64,000 bases of DNA from a bacterium (GTDB lineage: Bacteria > Zhuqueibacterota > Zhuqueibacteria > Residuimicrobiales > Krinioviventaceae): the NCBI GenBank assembly GCA_963675755.2, contig CAXXMD010000003.1, forward strand, positions 2,848,001 to 2,912,000, written 5' to 3'. Below are positions 8,441-19,241 of this stretch, piece by piece. The notes beneath the pieces are model-generated. The model was given only the letters and a program-made list of their open reading frames with translations, had not been told where the DNA came from and searched no databases. Both the position numbers and the translations under genes were made by a program. Position 1 is the stretch's first letter. Each line of letters starts with the position of its first letter.

Positions 8441-11400
8441 ACATTTCCCGGTTTTCTATAGAGAACCATCATTTTACGCTCATGGTGGTTTTGCTGTTGA
8501 TGCTGTATGGTATCTTTGCGGTAGTTGATATGCCAAAATCCGAGAATCCTGCTATTGAACCTCCGGGAGCATCGATAATCGCGCTTTATCCCGGTGCTAC
8601 TCCTCAGGATATGGAAGAGCAGGTGACCTCTATAATTGAAGAAGAGGTGAACAGTATATCTGATGTTGCAGAAATTTATTCGATAAGCGGTAATAGTTAT
8701 TGCAATATTACGGTAGAATTTGATTTTGGTGTAGATATTGATGAAAAGTATTCGCTGCTTGTTGAAAAGGTCAATCGGGCTAAAAATGATCTTCCTGATG
8801 ATATAAGCAGTCTGGATGTAGTTAAATGGGATATTAATGCGGTTAATATTTTAGAACTGGCTCTGGTTTCAGAAACAGCAGAATATGTGGACATGGAGAC
8901 CGAGCTTGAAAAGTTAAAAGATGTTATTGAAAAAATCGAGGGTATTCGCGGTGCCGAGATTGTAGCTTATCCTGAACAACAGGTACGTGTTTCATTGAAT
9001 CTGGAAAAAATGGCGCAAATGCATATTCCTGTTGATCGGGTGATTGGGGTGATTCAATCGGCCAATGCCAATATACCTGGCGGCAAGATTGACATAGGCG
9101 GCAAGAATTTTAATATCAATACTAGCGGTTCTTATGAAACATTGGATGATATTCGAAATACAACCATTCCCATGGGTAACGGATCAATTATTTATTTAAA
9201 AGATATTGCAACGGTCCAATATGATTATGAAGACCTGGAGCATTATGCCCGGTTTAATGGAAAACGGGCTGTTTTACTAGCGGCGAATCAGAAAAATGGT
9301 ACCAATCTTTTTCAAATTATTGATGAAATTAAAGCGGCTGTTGCTGATTTTAATAAAGATCTGCCGGATAATATGCACGTTGCTTTTGTTTATAACCAGT
9401 CTGAAAGTGTGGGCGATTTTGTTGTAGAGTTTTTGATCAATCTGCTTGAGGGGATTTTACTGGTAGGTATTGTAGCCTGGCTGGGGATTGGAACACGTCC
9501 TGCTTTGTTGGTAATATTTACTATACCCGCATCTATTGCCATTGCATTGGGATTTTTAAAACTGAGCGATTATGGTATACAGCAAATGACTATTGCCGGC
9601 TTGGTTATTGTGCTGGGTATTCTTGTAGATAATGCTATTGTTGTTACAGAAAATGTTAACCGCTTTTTACGTATGGGCAAAGACCTTAAAGAAGCATCTG
9701 TACGTGGAGCAACGCAGATTTCCGGTTCCATAACCAGTGGTACAATAACAACCTGTCTGGCATTTATGCCCATATTGTTGATGAGTGATGTTGCCGGTCA
9801 ATACGTGCGCAGTATGCCGCTAACGGTTATTTTTACTTTGCTTGCGTCTCTGTTTCTGGCCCTTACTTTTACTCCGTATTTGACCAGTCGATATCTGTCT
9901 GTCAAGTCTGCATCAAATACAAGTTTAATGCAAAAAACATTGCAGAATTTTATAGAAACCCATTACCGCAGGGTTTTGAAATTCGCATTGAAACGTCCTA
10001 AAACTGTGCTCTTGCTCAGTATTCTGATATTTTTAATCAGTGTGGGACTGGTGCCTTTTGTAGGGGTAAGTATGTTTCCCAAATCGAACAAGCCCATGTT
10101 TTATATCAATGTCTCTACACCGGAGGGAACCAATCTGCAGGTTACGGACCATGTTGTAACCCAGGTAGAAGAGTTGCTTGATGAAAAAGGGTTTGTAAGA
10201 CATTTTGTTGCCAATATTGGCGGTGATAATCCTCGTATATATTATAATGTTATACCAAAGCAGAACCATGCCAATATTGGGCAGGTATTTGTTGAAGTGT
10301 ACCCGGATTATTCGCGGCAGGTGGGCGAGATTGTGAGCGGGATGCGGGAAGAGTTGAAAGAAATTCCCGGCGCTAAATTTGAGGTCAAGCAGTTGGAACA
10401 AGGTTACCCCAATGACGCGCCTATTGCAATCAAGGTTGTAGGTAAAGATATGGATATCATTAAAGACTTGTCAGCGCAGGTAGAATCTGTTTTTCGCAAC
10501 ACCACAGGTGTAATAGAGATTGATGATCCTTTGGGTAATGAGAAAACAGATTTAAAAATTGATATCAATCGGGAAAAGTGCGCCATGCTGGGATTGACCC
10601 TGGCAGAGGTGGACAGAGCCATACGTATTGCATTGTCCGGTTATGATGTGTCTACATTCAGGAACCGGGATGGAGACCAGTTTGATATTATTGTACGGTT
10701 ACCTGTGCACGAATCCCCAAGGATTTCTGATTTTGAGCGGATTTATTTGACAACACCGGCGGGCTCGCAGGTCCCCTTGAAACAGGTAGCGAGTATTGGA
10801 TTTGAATCCAGTCCGCTAAATATTTATCGATATCAACTCGAGCGGAGTAATACCGTGACCGGAGATGCTGCTCCCGCTTATTCTGTTGATCAACTGACTG
10901 GTGAGATTATTGAAAAGCTGGATAATATGGACTGGCCTGCCGGATATGGTTACCATGTCAGTGGTGAAAAAGAAAGCCAGGGTAAGGCGTTTGGTGGATT
11001 GGGTAACAATTTTATCATTGCAATTATAGGTATCTTTTCCGTACTTGTGTTCCAATTCCGTTCGTTTCGCCAACCGTTTATTATCTTTTCATCCATACCG
11101 CTGGCAATTATTGGATCTATTTTGGCGCTGCTGATTACAGGCAATACTTTTTCTTTTACGGCCATGATTGGACTGACGAGTCTGGCCGGAATTGTGATCA
11201 ATAACGCAATCATTCTGGTGGATTATGCCAATGAGTTGCGTAATGAAGGAAAGGATTTGGACACGGCTGTGAGCATATCCGGTGAAACAAGGTTTACTCC
11301 AATCATCTTGACCGTTGCGACTACTATTGGTGGATTGTTGCCATTGACCTTGTTTGGTGGATTAATGTGGGCGCCTATGGGATGGGCCATTATCGGCGGA

Positions 11401-11484
11401 TTGATGACATCCACCTTTTTAACACTGGTGGTTGTACCGGTCTTGTACAAGGTGTTTACGCCGTCCATACCAGTAACTGAATAA
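8437..11484 (+). CDS. RND efflux permease, AcrB/AcrD/AcrF family
   Basis: 1015 aa with GILVDNAIVVTEN, GIVINNAIILVD and RFTPIILT motifs. Confidence 0.95.
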   Translation: MNISRFSIENHHFTLMVVLLLMLYGIFAVVDMPKSENPAIEPPGASIIALYPGATPQDMEEQVTSIIEEEVNSISDVAEIYSISGNSYCNITVEFDFGVDIDEKYSLLVEKVNRAKNDLPDDISSLDVVKWDINAVNILELALVSETAEYVDMETELEKLKDVIEKIEGIRGAEIVAYPEQQVRVSLNLEKMAQMHIPVDRVIGVIQSANANIPGGKIDIGGKNFNINTSGSYETLDDIRNTTIPMGNGSIIYLKDIATVQYDYEDLEHYARFNGKRAVLLAANQKNGTNLFQIIDEIKAAVADFNKDLPDNMHVAFVYNQSESVGDFVVEFLINLLEGILLVGIVAWLGIGTRPALLVIFTIPASIAIALGFLKLSDYGIQQMTIAGLVIVLGILVDNAIVVTENVNRFLRMGKDLKEASVRGATQISGSITSGTITTCLAFMPILLMSDVAGQYVRSMPLTVIFTLLASLFLALTFTPYLTSRYLSVKSASNTSLMQKTLQNFIETHYRRVLKFALKRPKTVLLLSILIFLISVGLVPFVGVSMFPKSNKPMFYINVSTPEGTNLQVTDHVVTQVEELLDEKGFVRHFVANIGGDNPRIYYNVIPKQNHANIGQVFVEVYPDYSRQVGEIVSGMREELKEIPGAKFEVKQLEQGYPNDAPIAIKVVGKDMDIIKDLSAQVESVFRNTTGVIEIDDPLGNEKTDLKIDINREKCAMLGLTLAEVDRAIRIALSGYDVSTFRNRDGDQFDIIVRLPVHESPRISDFERIYLTTPAGSQVPLKQVASIGFESSPLNIYRYQLERSNTVTGDAAPAYSVDQLTGEIIEKLDNMDWPAGYGYHVSGEKESQGKAFGGLGNNFIIAIIGIFSVLVFQFRSFRQPFIIFSSIPLAIIGSILALLITGNTFSFTAMIGLTSLAGIVINNAIILVDYANELRNEGKDLDTAVSISGETRFTPIILTVATTIGGLLPLTLFGGLMWAPMGWAIIGGLMTSTFLTLVVVPVLYKVFTPSIPVTE

Positions 11485-11485
11485 T

Positions 11486-11522
11486 AAAAAAAGCATGCAG
11501 TATTTAACTGCATGCTTTTTTT
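11486..11522. terminator. Bidirectional intrinsic terminator
   Basis: A7-GCATGCAGT-ATTTA-ACTGCATGC-T7 between convergent genes. Confidence 0.9.
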
Positions 11523-11551
11523 ATATATTAATTCCAGTTGTAATGAATTGT

Positions 11552-12169
11552 TCAAGCATTGCTTGCTTGCGCGGCAAGACCTTTGATGAGTACAAATCGT
11601 GTTAGATAGTATTGGCAGATAACTAGCCCCACTGTACCAAAAATGATTGTGATAAGTACCGTTGCATTTGTGATTTGAAAATCCAGTTGCAACATGTTTC
11701 TCAACTCTTCTCCAATATTTTCATGCAAGAGTGCAATTACCGCAGTCATCACGCAAAACAAGAGTGTAACCAGGGCTGTAAAGGCTGAAATTTTAATAAT
11801 CATAAACGCATATTTTTGTAAAGAAACCTTGTTAACGCGCATACGTCTGCTGTAATAGTACCCTGCAAGCACACCCATTAACAGGTTAACAATGGGCAAA
11901 CCCATAAAAAATCCATAGATATTGATACTGTAAAACATGTAAAACGCAACAAGCAGCCAGATGGGCAAAGTATATATTTTCCGGATCAACTTTTTTAGTA
12001 ACAACAGATTGAGTATTATACCCAATATAATGCCAGAAACCAGATAATAGATTACAATGGATTCGTTGCGATTGGTATAAAACCAGATCAAAAATGAACT
12101 CATTGCCAATAATAATGGAAATGAACTTCCCATTATAAAACCGAAAATAATCTTGTCGAATCGCTTCAT
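11552..12169 (-). CDS. Hypothetical integral membrane protein
   Basis: 205 aa with about 6 hydrophobic segments. Confidence 0.75.
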   Translation of the reverse strand: MKRFDKIIFGFIMGSSFPLLLAMSSFLIWFYTNRNESIVIYYLVSGIILGIILNLLLLKKLIRKIYTLPIWLLVAFYMFYSINIYGFFMGLPIVNLLMGVLAGYYYSRRMRVNKVSLQKYAFMIIKISAFTALVTLLFCVMTAVIALLHENIGEELRNMLQLDFQITNATVLITIIFGTVGLVICQYYLTRFVLIKGLAAQASNA

Positions 12170-12406
12170 AGTTTTACTGCTAATTTAGATGAGATATTTT
12201 AATACTTTATTCAAAGATCCATTTTGAGAGATTTTTTATAATCCTTGCTAAATAGATCTTTGGTGGCAACAACCCCGATTGTTATACGACAAAAGAAAAC
12301 ATCTAAACATCTGGGATTTTAATATAAAGATTCAACGAGTCTATTGCAATAAAAATTATTTGGGGTGAGGGGAGAGGCGATGCACTCCGGTTGGAGAATA
12401 TTTTTT

Positions 12407-14092
12407 TTATTTCCTCCCCATCAACGGATTTAGAATAACCGCTATGCCTACCAGTACTACACATCCGATAACGTTGAACCACAGATAAGGGATTTCGGTG
12501 AACTGGTAGCTTGCCAGCACAACGCCTTCCGCAATGATTGCTGCGATGAATGTTGCCGAAGACCCGATACGTTTGAAATAAAACGCTACCAGAAAAATAC
12601 CCAGTATGGTGCCGTAAAAGAGCGAACCGAGAATGTTCACCGCCTCGATCAATGAGCCCAACCGATTTGCAACGAGCGCAAAAAAGATAGCAATGAGACC
12701 CCAGAACAGGGTGGCAACTTTGGATGCAATGAGATAATGTTTTTCAGATGCCTGCTTTTTTAACATGCGTTTGTAAATATCCACAACCGAGGTTGAGGCA
12801 AGGGCGTTCAACTCGGCTGAAGTGGAGGACATGGATGCCGACAGGATCGCCGCCAGGATCAGGCCTACCAGACCGACGGGCAGAAAATTGATCACAAAGC
12901 TTAAAAAGATATAGTTGGTATCGTTTATGTCTGCATCAGGGTTAGCCTGTGCGATAACGGATTTGGCGTTTTCGCGGATTCCAAGTTCAGACTGGCGCAT
13001 TTTCATCAGCTCTTGTCTGCTCGATTCCAGTTGCGCGGGATTATCGCCATGCAGGGCATCGAGCATGTTGCGGATTCCCTGTTGTTTTTCAGTGTGGACT
13101 GTTTGGAAATCCTGCTCTAGCTGATTATATTGTTCGGCATAAGGACTGCTCTTGACCTCATCGGTAACAACCGGATTAAATACCAGCGGTGGCATGGTAA
13201 ACTGGTAAAAGACAAAAATCATAGCGCCAATAAACAGAATAGAGAATTGCATGGGGATCTTGACCATACCGTTTGCCAGTAGTCCCATTCGGCTGGAAGC
13301 AACGGATTTTCCGGAAAGGTAGCGCTGTACCTGGGACTGGTCCGTACCAAAGTACGAGAGCGCCAAAAAGGTGCCGCCAATCAATCCGGACCAGATGTTA
13401 TATCGATCCCGCCAGTCAAAGTCGAAAGTTATAGCATTGAGCTTGCCCATTTTACCGGCTACGTGTGCGGCATCCAGAAAAGAAATATCCGGGGGTAGCA
13501 GGCGAAAGATCATGATAAACGCGGAAAGCATGCCCGTGGTAATAATGAGCATTTGAAGCAGATGGGTCTTGTTGACCGCGTCGGTCCCACCTGATGTAGT
13601 ATAGAGTATCACCACTCCGCCTATCATAAATATAGTCATGCGTATGTCCCAGCCCAGCAATACGGAAAGAATCAGTGCCGGTGCAAAAATGGTAAATCCG
13701 GCTGCAAGTCCGCGCTGGATGAGAAAAAGAATGGCACCTAATGCCCGGATTTTGAGATCAAAACGTTGTTCCAGGTATTCATAGGCTGTATAAACATTGA
13801 GTCTGTGAAAAATTGGTACGGCTGTAACGGACAAAATAATCATGGCAATGGGAAGTCCCAGGTAAAACTGCACAAAACGCATTCCGTCAACAAATGCTTG
13901 TCCCGGTGTAGAGAGAAAGGTGATTGCACTGGCCTGGGTTGCCATAATAGAGAGGGTAACCGTATACCAGGGGGTAGAACGGTTTGCCAGCAGATACTCT
14001 TGAATATTTTTTTTGCCGCGTGTTTTCCAGATTCCGTAACCGGCAACAAATACTAAAAAAGAAAAAAGGACGATCCAGTCTATTTGGGTCAT
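12407..14092 (-). CDS. Sodium:solute symporter family protein
   Basis: SIMATQASAITFLSTPG, GTDQSQVQRYL and AASM-like SASMSSTSAELNAL motifs; many TM helices. Confidence 0.93.
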   Translation of the reverse strand: MTQIDWIVLFSFLVFVAGYGIWKTRGKKNIQEYLLANRSTPWYTVTLSIMATQASAITFLSTPGQAFVDGMRFVQFYLGLPIAMIILSVTAVPIFHRLNVYTAYEYLEQRFDLKIRALGAILFLIQRGLAAGFTIFAPALILSVLLGWDIRMTIFMIGGVVILYTTSGGTDAVNKTHLLQMLIITTGMLSAFIMIFRLLPPDISFLDAAHVAGKMGKLNAITFDFDWRDRYNIWSGLIGGTFLALSYFGTDQSQVQRYLSGKSVASSRMGLLANGMVKIPMQFSILFIGAMIFVFYQFTMPPLVFNPVVTDEVKSSPYAEQYNQLEQDFQTVHTEKQQGIRNMLDALHGDNPAQLESSRQELMKMRQSELGIRENAKSVIAQANPDADINDTNYIFLSFVINFLPVGLVGLILAAILSASMSSTSAELNALASTSVVDIYKRMLKKQASEKHYLIASKVATLFWGLIAIFFALVANRLGSLIEAVNILGSLFYGTILGIFLVAFYFKRIGSSATFIAAIIAEGVVLASYQFTEIPYLWFNVIGCVVLVGIAVILNPLMGRK

Positions 14093-14101
14093 AGTTTAAC
14101 C

Positions 14102-14227
14102 TTAATTGAAATAAATTGTAAACAGGTAATATAAAATGATCAATGCCACCAGGTGCAAAAACACAAATGTATAAAGCTGCTTCCATGATTTTAAAACCGG
14201 TGGTTTTTCTTGTACGTTTTTATTCAT
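14102..14227 (-). CDS. Small single-TM protein, 41 aa (MNKNVQEKPPVLKSWKQLYTFVFLHLVALIILYYLFTIYFN), probable symporter accessory subunit
   Basis: Manual translation. Start overlaps the end of the LmbE gene, RBS GGAG, stop 10 nt before the symporter start. Confidence 0.75.
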   Translation of the reverse strand: MNKNVQEKPPVLKSWKQLYTFVFLHLVALIILYYLFTIYFN

Positions 14228-16694
14228 GAGATGCTCCTGCGGATAACAGGTTCACAAACAAACGGTATGCACCGGGTACTCCTGCGGGGAGCTGCCGGAA
14301 CCATGAATATCCTGTGTAAATGAAAACTCCTTTGCCATAGCGGGTATATAGTAATCCGCCATTTCTTTCCGGTTCACCCGGATCGTGACTGGATAGAACG
14401 GCTTGATAGCGATCATCCCATTCCGAGCAGAAATAGAGTCCCCGTTCCTGTACCCAATTCTCAAAATCCTTTTGTGTGATCTTGTTGGGATCGTTCAACA
14501 GAGGATGGTTGGGATCAAGCAGTGTAATAGCAGCGGTTTCATCGCTGACGCGGTCACGGCTGATAGTAAAGGGATAGGGACCAATCACTTCTGTCTGCAA
14601 TCCCCGGTTGACATTATACTGCACCAAAAGGGTGCCTCCATTTTGCACATATTGCATCAGTTTAGGCTGGATATATTTTAAACGTTCTTCAGTGTTCCAG
14701 GCCCGAACCCCGGTTATAATGGCATCATATTCGGCAAGAGAGCCGTTTTCCAGCATCCCGTTGCTTAATACCTCAATGGAATAACCCAGTTGAGTCAGGG
14801 CCTCGGGGATCTCGTCTCCAGATCCCATTATATAGCCAATGCGCTCACCGATTCTTTGGATGTCAAGATTAACGACTTTGACCGAGCTCTCGGGAAACAA
14901 CACCAACTCGTCGATATGGGGATGAGAGATTTCGACCAGGGATTTGGAATAGTTTTGTCCATTGATTTCAGCTATAGCGGTTAGCGTTGCTTCATCAGCA
15001 TCAGCGGGGGGAGTGATTTCGAACATTATCGTTTTTTCATCGTGCTTGTTTGCAAGTGAAAATGGCACCTTTGCGGGAGTGATCTTCCAATTTTGGGGAG
15101 CATTGATGCGGAGTATGCCGGCCTGGTTGTCTGCACTACTTTTGAGTTTTACCGGTATGGTTTTGGACCCATTCGAGAACATGAGTACTCGGGTGTCGAA
15201 ATTAACCGTTACCGGGGGTCTGATCTCCAAAGGACGATACAACTCGCCAATGGCGCGGTCGGTCCAGCGATAGTGAACCGGCAGCGTGTATACCAGTTCC
15301 TGTCCGTTTGCTTTCAGGGTTATAGAGACAGTCAGCGCTGGCGGATTTTCCGCAAGGCCAATCTCTTGCTGGTCTGGAACAACAAATGCCCCGAATTCGG
15401 CTGGCTCTCTCAGCCAGTAGGGTTGAGAGATGGAAAAGTCCTTTGGCAGTTGAACGGAATGGGTTTGATTTTCTGTTTGATTGTTTTTCAATTGAACGGA
15501 AAATAGTTTTTTATAGCTGGCTGCCTGAATGCTGATATCCTCGAGCGTAAAAGGGAAATCGCATCGGTTGACCAATGTTGTTTGCAGGGACAATGGACTG
15601 CCCGGAGCGGCATCATAATCCTGTGCAATGGCTTCCATCCAGAGTCCGGCGCAGCCTTGAATAACGGATTTCAGCTCCTGTAATTTAAGGCTCGTCCAGT
15701 CATTCTGAGGCAGCGAATTCATTTCGGCATAAAGGTTGATCAGCGCCGGCAGAGATTTTTCCGGTTGCCGGGGATCGAAAGCTGCATTGATCTCTTTAAG
15801 CATGGCACCAATCTTTTTACCGCCCGGGATCCGGCCCCAGGAGGTGTCAATGTTTTCCATAATATCTGTTGCTGCGGATTCACCAGCCAGCAGGTCAAAA
15901 TATTCAAAACTCTCGCCACGTCTACCCGCGGCACCAAAACCCTGGCTTTTGTGCATGGATCGGCTTTCTGCGGCAATTTCTGTGTAGGATTTTCCCAACA
16001 AGGGATTAAATACGCCAATATCAATTCCCAACAGGGTTTGTGCCTGCTGCTGATTGGGACGCCAACTGTTCCAGAACATCCGTTTGGGCTGCCAGGTATC
16101 CACATATTTTAACTGTTCCGGAAAACGACTGGCATCACCGGCAGCTTTGAACGCATCCATAGCCAGTAACGCGGAAGCGGTGTGATGACCATGACCGCTG
16201 TAGCCATCCGGGGTAAAACGGGTAATGATAATATCGGGTTTGAATTTACGGATGACCCAAACCACATCCGCTAAAATTTTTTCACGTCCCCAAAACTCGA
16301 ATGTCTCTTCCGCAGTTTTAGAGTACCCAAAATCCACAGCGCGGGTAAAGTACTGTTCAGCACCATCAATTTGCCGGGCTTCCAGCAGCTCGTGAGTACG
16401 GATGAGCCCAATCTCGCTGCCTTTTTCAGGACCGATGAGGTTTTGTCCGCCATCTCCGCGGGTAAGCGAAAGATAAGCTGAGCGGTATTTTCTACCTTTG
16501 GAGAGGTAGGCAAGCAGTCCGGTGTTTTCATCATCCGGGTGGGCGGCAAGATAGAGCACACTGCCCAGTACATTTAGTTTTTGCAGCGCGATTTGTAAAT
16601 CCGCTGAAGTTTGGGTATGTACCGGTTCAACTTTTGAAAACAAACAAGTGGATAATGTCAGAACCAGCAAAATAGTTGATATAGATTTTTTCAT
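14220..16694 (-). CDS. Exported PIG-L/LmbE-family N-deacetylase with C-terminal class I glutamine amidotransferase-like domain
   Basis: AAHPDDE, TRGDGGQN and HGHHTASA motifs; signal peptide MKKSISTILLVL (start moved to 16694). Confidence 0.9.
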   Translation of the reverse strand: MKKSISTILLVLTLSTCLFSKVEPVHTQTSADLQIALQKLNVLGSVLYLAAHPDDENTGLLAYLSKGRKYRSAYLSLTRGDGGQNLIGPEKGSEIGLIRTHELLEARQIDGAEQYFTRAVDFGYSKTAEETFEFWGREKILADVVWVIRKFKPDIIITRFTPDGYSGHGHHTASALLAMDAFKAAGDASRFPEQLKYVDTWQPKRMFWNSWRPNQQQAQTLLGIDIGVFNPLLGKSYTEIAAESRSMHKSQGFGAAGRRGESFEYFDLLAGESAATDIMENIDTSWGRIPGGKKIGAMLKEINAAFDPRQPEKSLPALINLYAEMNSLPQNDWTSLKLQELKSVIQGCAGLWMEAIAQDYDAAPGSPLSLQTTLVNRCDFPFTLEDISIQAASYKKLFSVQLKNNQTENQTHSVQLPKDFSISQPYWLREPAEFGAFVVPDQQEIGLAENPPALTVSITLKANGQELVYTLPVHYRWTDRAIGELYRPLEIRPPVTVNFDTRVLMFSNGSKTIPVKLKSSADNQAGILRINAPQNWKITPAKVPFSLANKHDEKTIMFEITPPADADEATLTAIAEINGQNYSKSLVEISHPHIDELVLFPESSVKVVNLDIQRIGERIGYIMGSGDEIPEALTQLGYSIEVLSNGMLENGSLAEYDAIITGVRAWNTEERLKYIQPKLMQYVQNGGTLLVQYNVNRGLQTEVIGPYPFTISRDRVSDETAAITLLDPNHPLLNDPNKITQKDFENWVQERGLYFCSEWDDRYQAVLSSHDPGEPERNGGLLYTRYGKGVFIYTGYSWFRQLPAGVPGAYRLFVNLLSAGASHE

Positions 16695-16917
16695 ACGTTT
16701 TCTTTTCCGGAAGATAGATTGCAATTCGTTTGATATTCAATGAATATTTATGATATATAATAAAATAATGGGAGTAATTATTTCAATAAAATGATAGTGT
16801 TGTTCAGGAAAAAAGTATATTAAAATCTCATCTTTTTTTAATTCTGATTAAACGATTTTCTTATATTGCAGTATTACTAATAAACAATGAACAATAATAT
16901 ATAAAGAGCCGGGGATT

Positions 16918-17496
16918 GTGGGAAAAAAGCAATACGCCGAGATAGAAACAGATATTCTTGTAAAAGCTCAAGCGGGTGATGTTGACGCGTTCAGGATTAT
17001 TTATGATTTTTATTTTGAACGGGTGAATCATGTTGTCATGCGAATGATAGGAGAACACTGGCGAAAAGACGCGGTACAGGAGGTGTTTATTCGTGTTTTC
17101 AAATCCATGCATCAGTTTAATACGCAAAAAAAGTTTTTTACCTGGTTGTATAAAATAACAATGAATGTCTGTTTTGATTATTTAAAAAAGAACCGGCACA
17201 TCTCTAATAATGACACCCTAGAGTCAGAAAATTTAGATGAGATAGCGTCTTGTTCAATTGGTAATCAGGTTTTTTATCAGGATGATGAATTGTTTGGAAT
17301 TGTGAATGAATTGATGAAAAGGCTGGGACCCAATCAAAGAGCGGTATTTATGATGCGAGATATTGAAGGATTTGAGATTAGTGAAATTTCTCAGATTATG
17401 AAATGCACAAAATCTACTGTGCGAGCGCAGCTTCATTTTGCCCGAAAAGCTGTACGGAATTGGCTGCTTGAAGAATATCCCGAATACAAAAGGTGA
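16918..17496 (+). CDS. ECF-subfamily RNA polymerase sigma factor
   Basis: DAVQEVFIRVF..FFTWLYKITMN (region 2) and QRAVFMMRDIEG..EISQIM..STVR..LH.AR (region 4). Confidence 0.93.
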   Translation: MGKKQYAEIETDILVKAQAGDVDAFRIIYDFYFERVNHVVMRMIGEHWRKDAVQEVFIRVFKSMHQFNTQKKFFTWLYKITMNVCFDYLKKNRHISNNDTLESENLDEIASCSIGNQVFYQDDELFGIVNELMKRLGPNQRAVFMMRDIEGFEISEISQIMKCTKSTVRAQLHFARKAVRNWLLEEYPEYKR

Positions 17497-18029
17497 TGAA
17501 TATGGATTGTAATCATATAAAAGATAAATTGTATCTCTATATCAGCAATGATCTGCCTAAAAGAGAGAACAAGGCAGTTCAGCAACATTTGCGCATATGC
17601 GAGACATGCAGGTTAGAACTGAACGATATCAGAGATACTATAACAGAAATTGCTGCATTAGACAGACCGGTTGTATTGGATGATGAAAAAGAACAGGTCT
17701 GGAACAACATGTTACCGGAACTTAATTTAGTTAAATCCCCGGTAAAGAGACAATACAATCCATTTTTAATGAACCGGAAACGTGTACCGGTTTATGGCTG
17801 GCTTGCGGTAGCAATGCTGTTAGTGATCATTGCAATCGTATCAGAACAGGGCAGAGAAGGGAATGATACAGCTTTACAAATACCAGCCCTAACGGAAAAT
17901 GATGTTGTGCATGCTGAAAATGAGGTTACGGTAGTCAATTTTCAGACCAGTGATCCGAAAATCCGGATTGTCTGGTTTTTTGACAGTGATTTTTCACTGG
18001 ACGCAGAAGCTTTGAAAACATTGAAATAA
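17493..18029 (+). CDS. Zinc-binding anti-sigma factor (zf-HC2) with one TM helix
   Basis: HLRICETC (HxxxCxxC), TM WLAVAMLLVIIAIV; overlaps the sigma gene. Confidence 0.85.
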   Translation: MMNMDCNHIKDKLYLYISNDLPKRENKAVQQHLRICETCRLELNDIRDTITEIAALDRPVVLDDEKEQVWNNMLPELNLVKSPVKRQYNPFLMNRKRVPVYGWLAVAMLLVIIAIVSEQGREGNDTALQIPALTENDVVHAENEVTVVNFQTSDPKIRIVWFFDSDFSLDAEALKTLK

Positions 18030-18050
18030 CGATTATAAAGGAGCTCGATC

Positions 18051-19226
18051 ATGAGATACAGGTTAATTACAACGGTATTGCTGGTGTTGTTGTCAGGTTG
18101 TATGGTATTTGCCGAGGGAACTGGTCGGTTGAGTGGTAAAATTGTCAAGATTGATGATGGTAAACCTGTACCTTTTGTGAATATCAATTTAATCGGGACT
18201 AGTTTTACTGTACAATCTGATGTGGATGGTAATTACATGATTGAAAATATTCCAGAGGGAAAGTACAATTGTGTAGCAAAAAGTGCTCTGCTTGGAGGCG
18301 GAACACATTTTCAGGTTGAAATTAAAAAGAATAAAATCAAAAATAAAAATGTTGTTTTAAATTTTCCAATAGATACAAATCCGGTCAAGGTCAAAGGAAA
18401 GGTGATTGACCACAAAACACAATTGGGAATCAAGGATGCCAAAATTATAATAGAGAATTCGGACCAGGGCGTTGTAACGGATGAGAACGGCTATTTTGAA
18501 TTTCCACCTGTGCTGTCAAAAATATATACATTCAAGATAGCGGCAGACGGTTATGAAACTGAATTTGCACATGATATAGTTCTGGGACCGGAAGCAATAA
18601 AGGAAATGGACTTTTATTTAAAACCGCAGCCGGTCCTGATCAGCAATACTTTTGTATTGAAACATAAAACCATACACAATCTCTATCAAAATTTTGAAGT
18701 GCTAATGGATGAGGGAATGGTCTTTTCACGCCAAAGTGATTACCGTTTTACTGTAAAATGCACAAAAGAGAATATGAAAAAGATCGCAAAATTGGTAGAG
18801 CAATACGATGTACCGCTAAAACAAGTCTGGATTGAAGTTCGGCTGGTACTGGCATCTATGGAAAAAAAGGCGGGTAGCACGCTTCCGCAGGAACTCAAGG
18901 CGGTAGAAGAACAGTTCAAATCCCTGTTTCGTTATCAGAATTACGAGATACTTGATGATGCAAAGGTTATGGTGGTTGAAGATAATGGTTGTTTTCTTAC
19001 AATTGGGGGCGGTAAATTTGCAGTAAATGTTTCCAAAGTTGAAATACATAATGATATTATCAATTTGAACAATTTTACACTTGAACAAACCGGTAATGAA
19101 GCGAAAACCATTTTATCGACTTTTGTAAATCTTCCAATCGGGGATACCGTGGTACTGGGCGCTTCCAATGTAGATAACAGCAAATACGCGCTTATTGTTA
19201 CAGTTAATGCAAATGCGGTTAAATAA
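18051..19226 (+). CDS. Exported protein with two carboxypeptidase-regulatory-like domains and a secretin-like C-terminal region
   Basis: Signal peptide; G.LSGKI..DDGKPVPFVNI and VKGKVID..GIKDAKI repeats; YDVPLKQVWIEVRLVLAS resembles the secretin LD.P..QV.IE..IVE junction. Confidence 0.7.
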   Translation: MRYRLITTVLLVLLSGCMVFAEGTGRLSGKIVKIDDGKPVPFVNINLIGTSFTVQSDVDGNYMIENIPEGKYNCVAKSALLGGGTHFQVEIKKNKIKNKNVVLNFPIDTNPVKVKGKVIDHKTQLGIKDAKIIIENSDQGVVTDENGYFEFPPVLSKIYTFKIAADGYETEFAHDIVLGPEAIKEMDFYLKPQPVLISNTFVLKHKTIHNLYQNFEVLMDEGMVFSRQSDYRFTVKCTKENMKKIAKLVEQYDVPLKQVWIEVRLVLASMEKKAGSTLPQELKAVEEQFKSLFRYQNYEILDDAKVMVVEDNGCFLTIGGGKFAVNVSKVEIHNDIINLNNFTLEQTGNEAKTILSTFVNLPIGDTVVLGASNVDNSKYALIVTVNANAVK

Positions 19227-19241
19227 TATCTATTCTTAATT

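Noticed and set aside
13887-14186. 99-aa minus-strand ORF
   Set aside because: It overlaps the symporter out of frame. The 41-aa TM ORF at 14102-14227 fits the gap.
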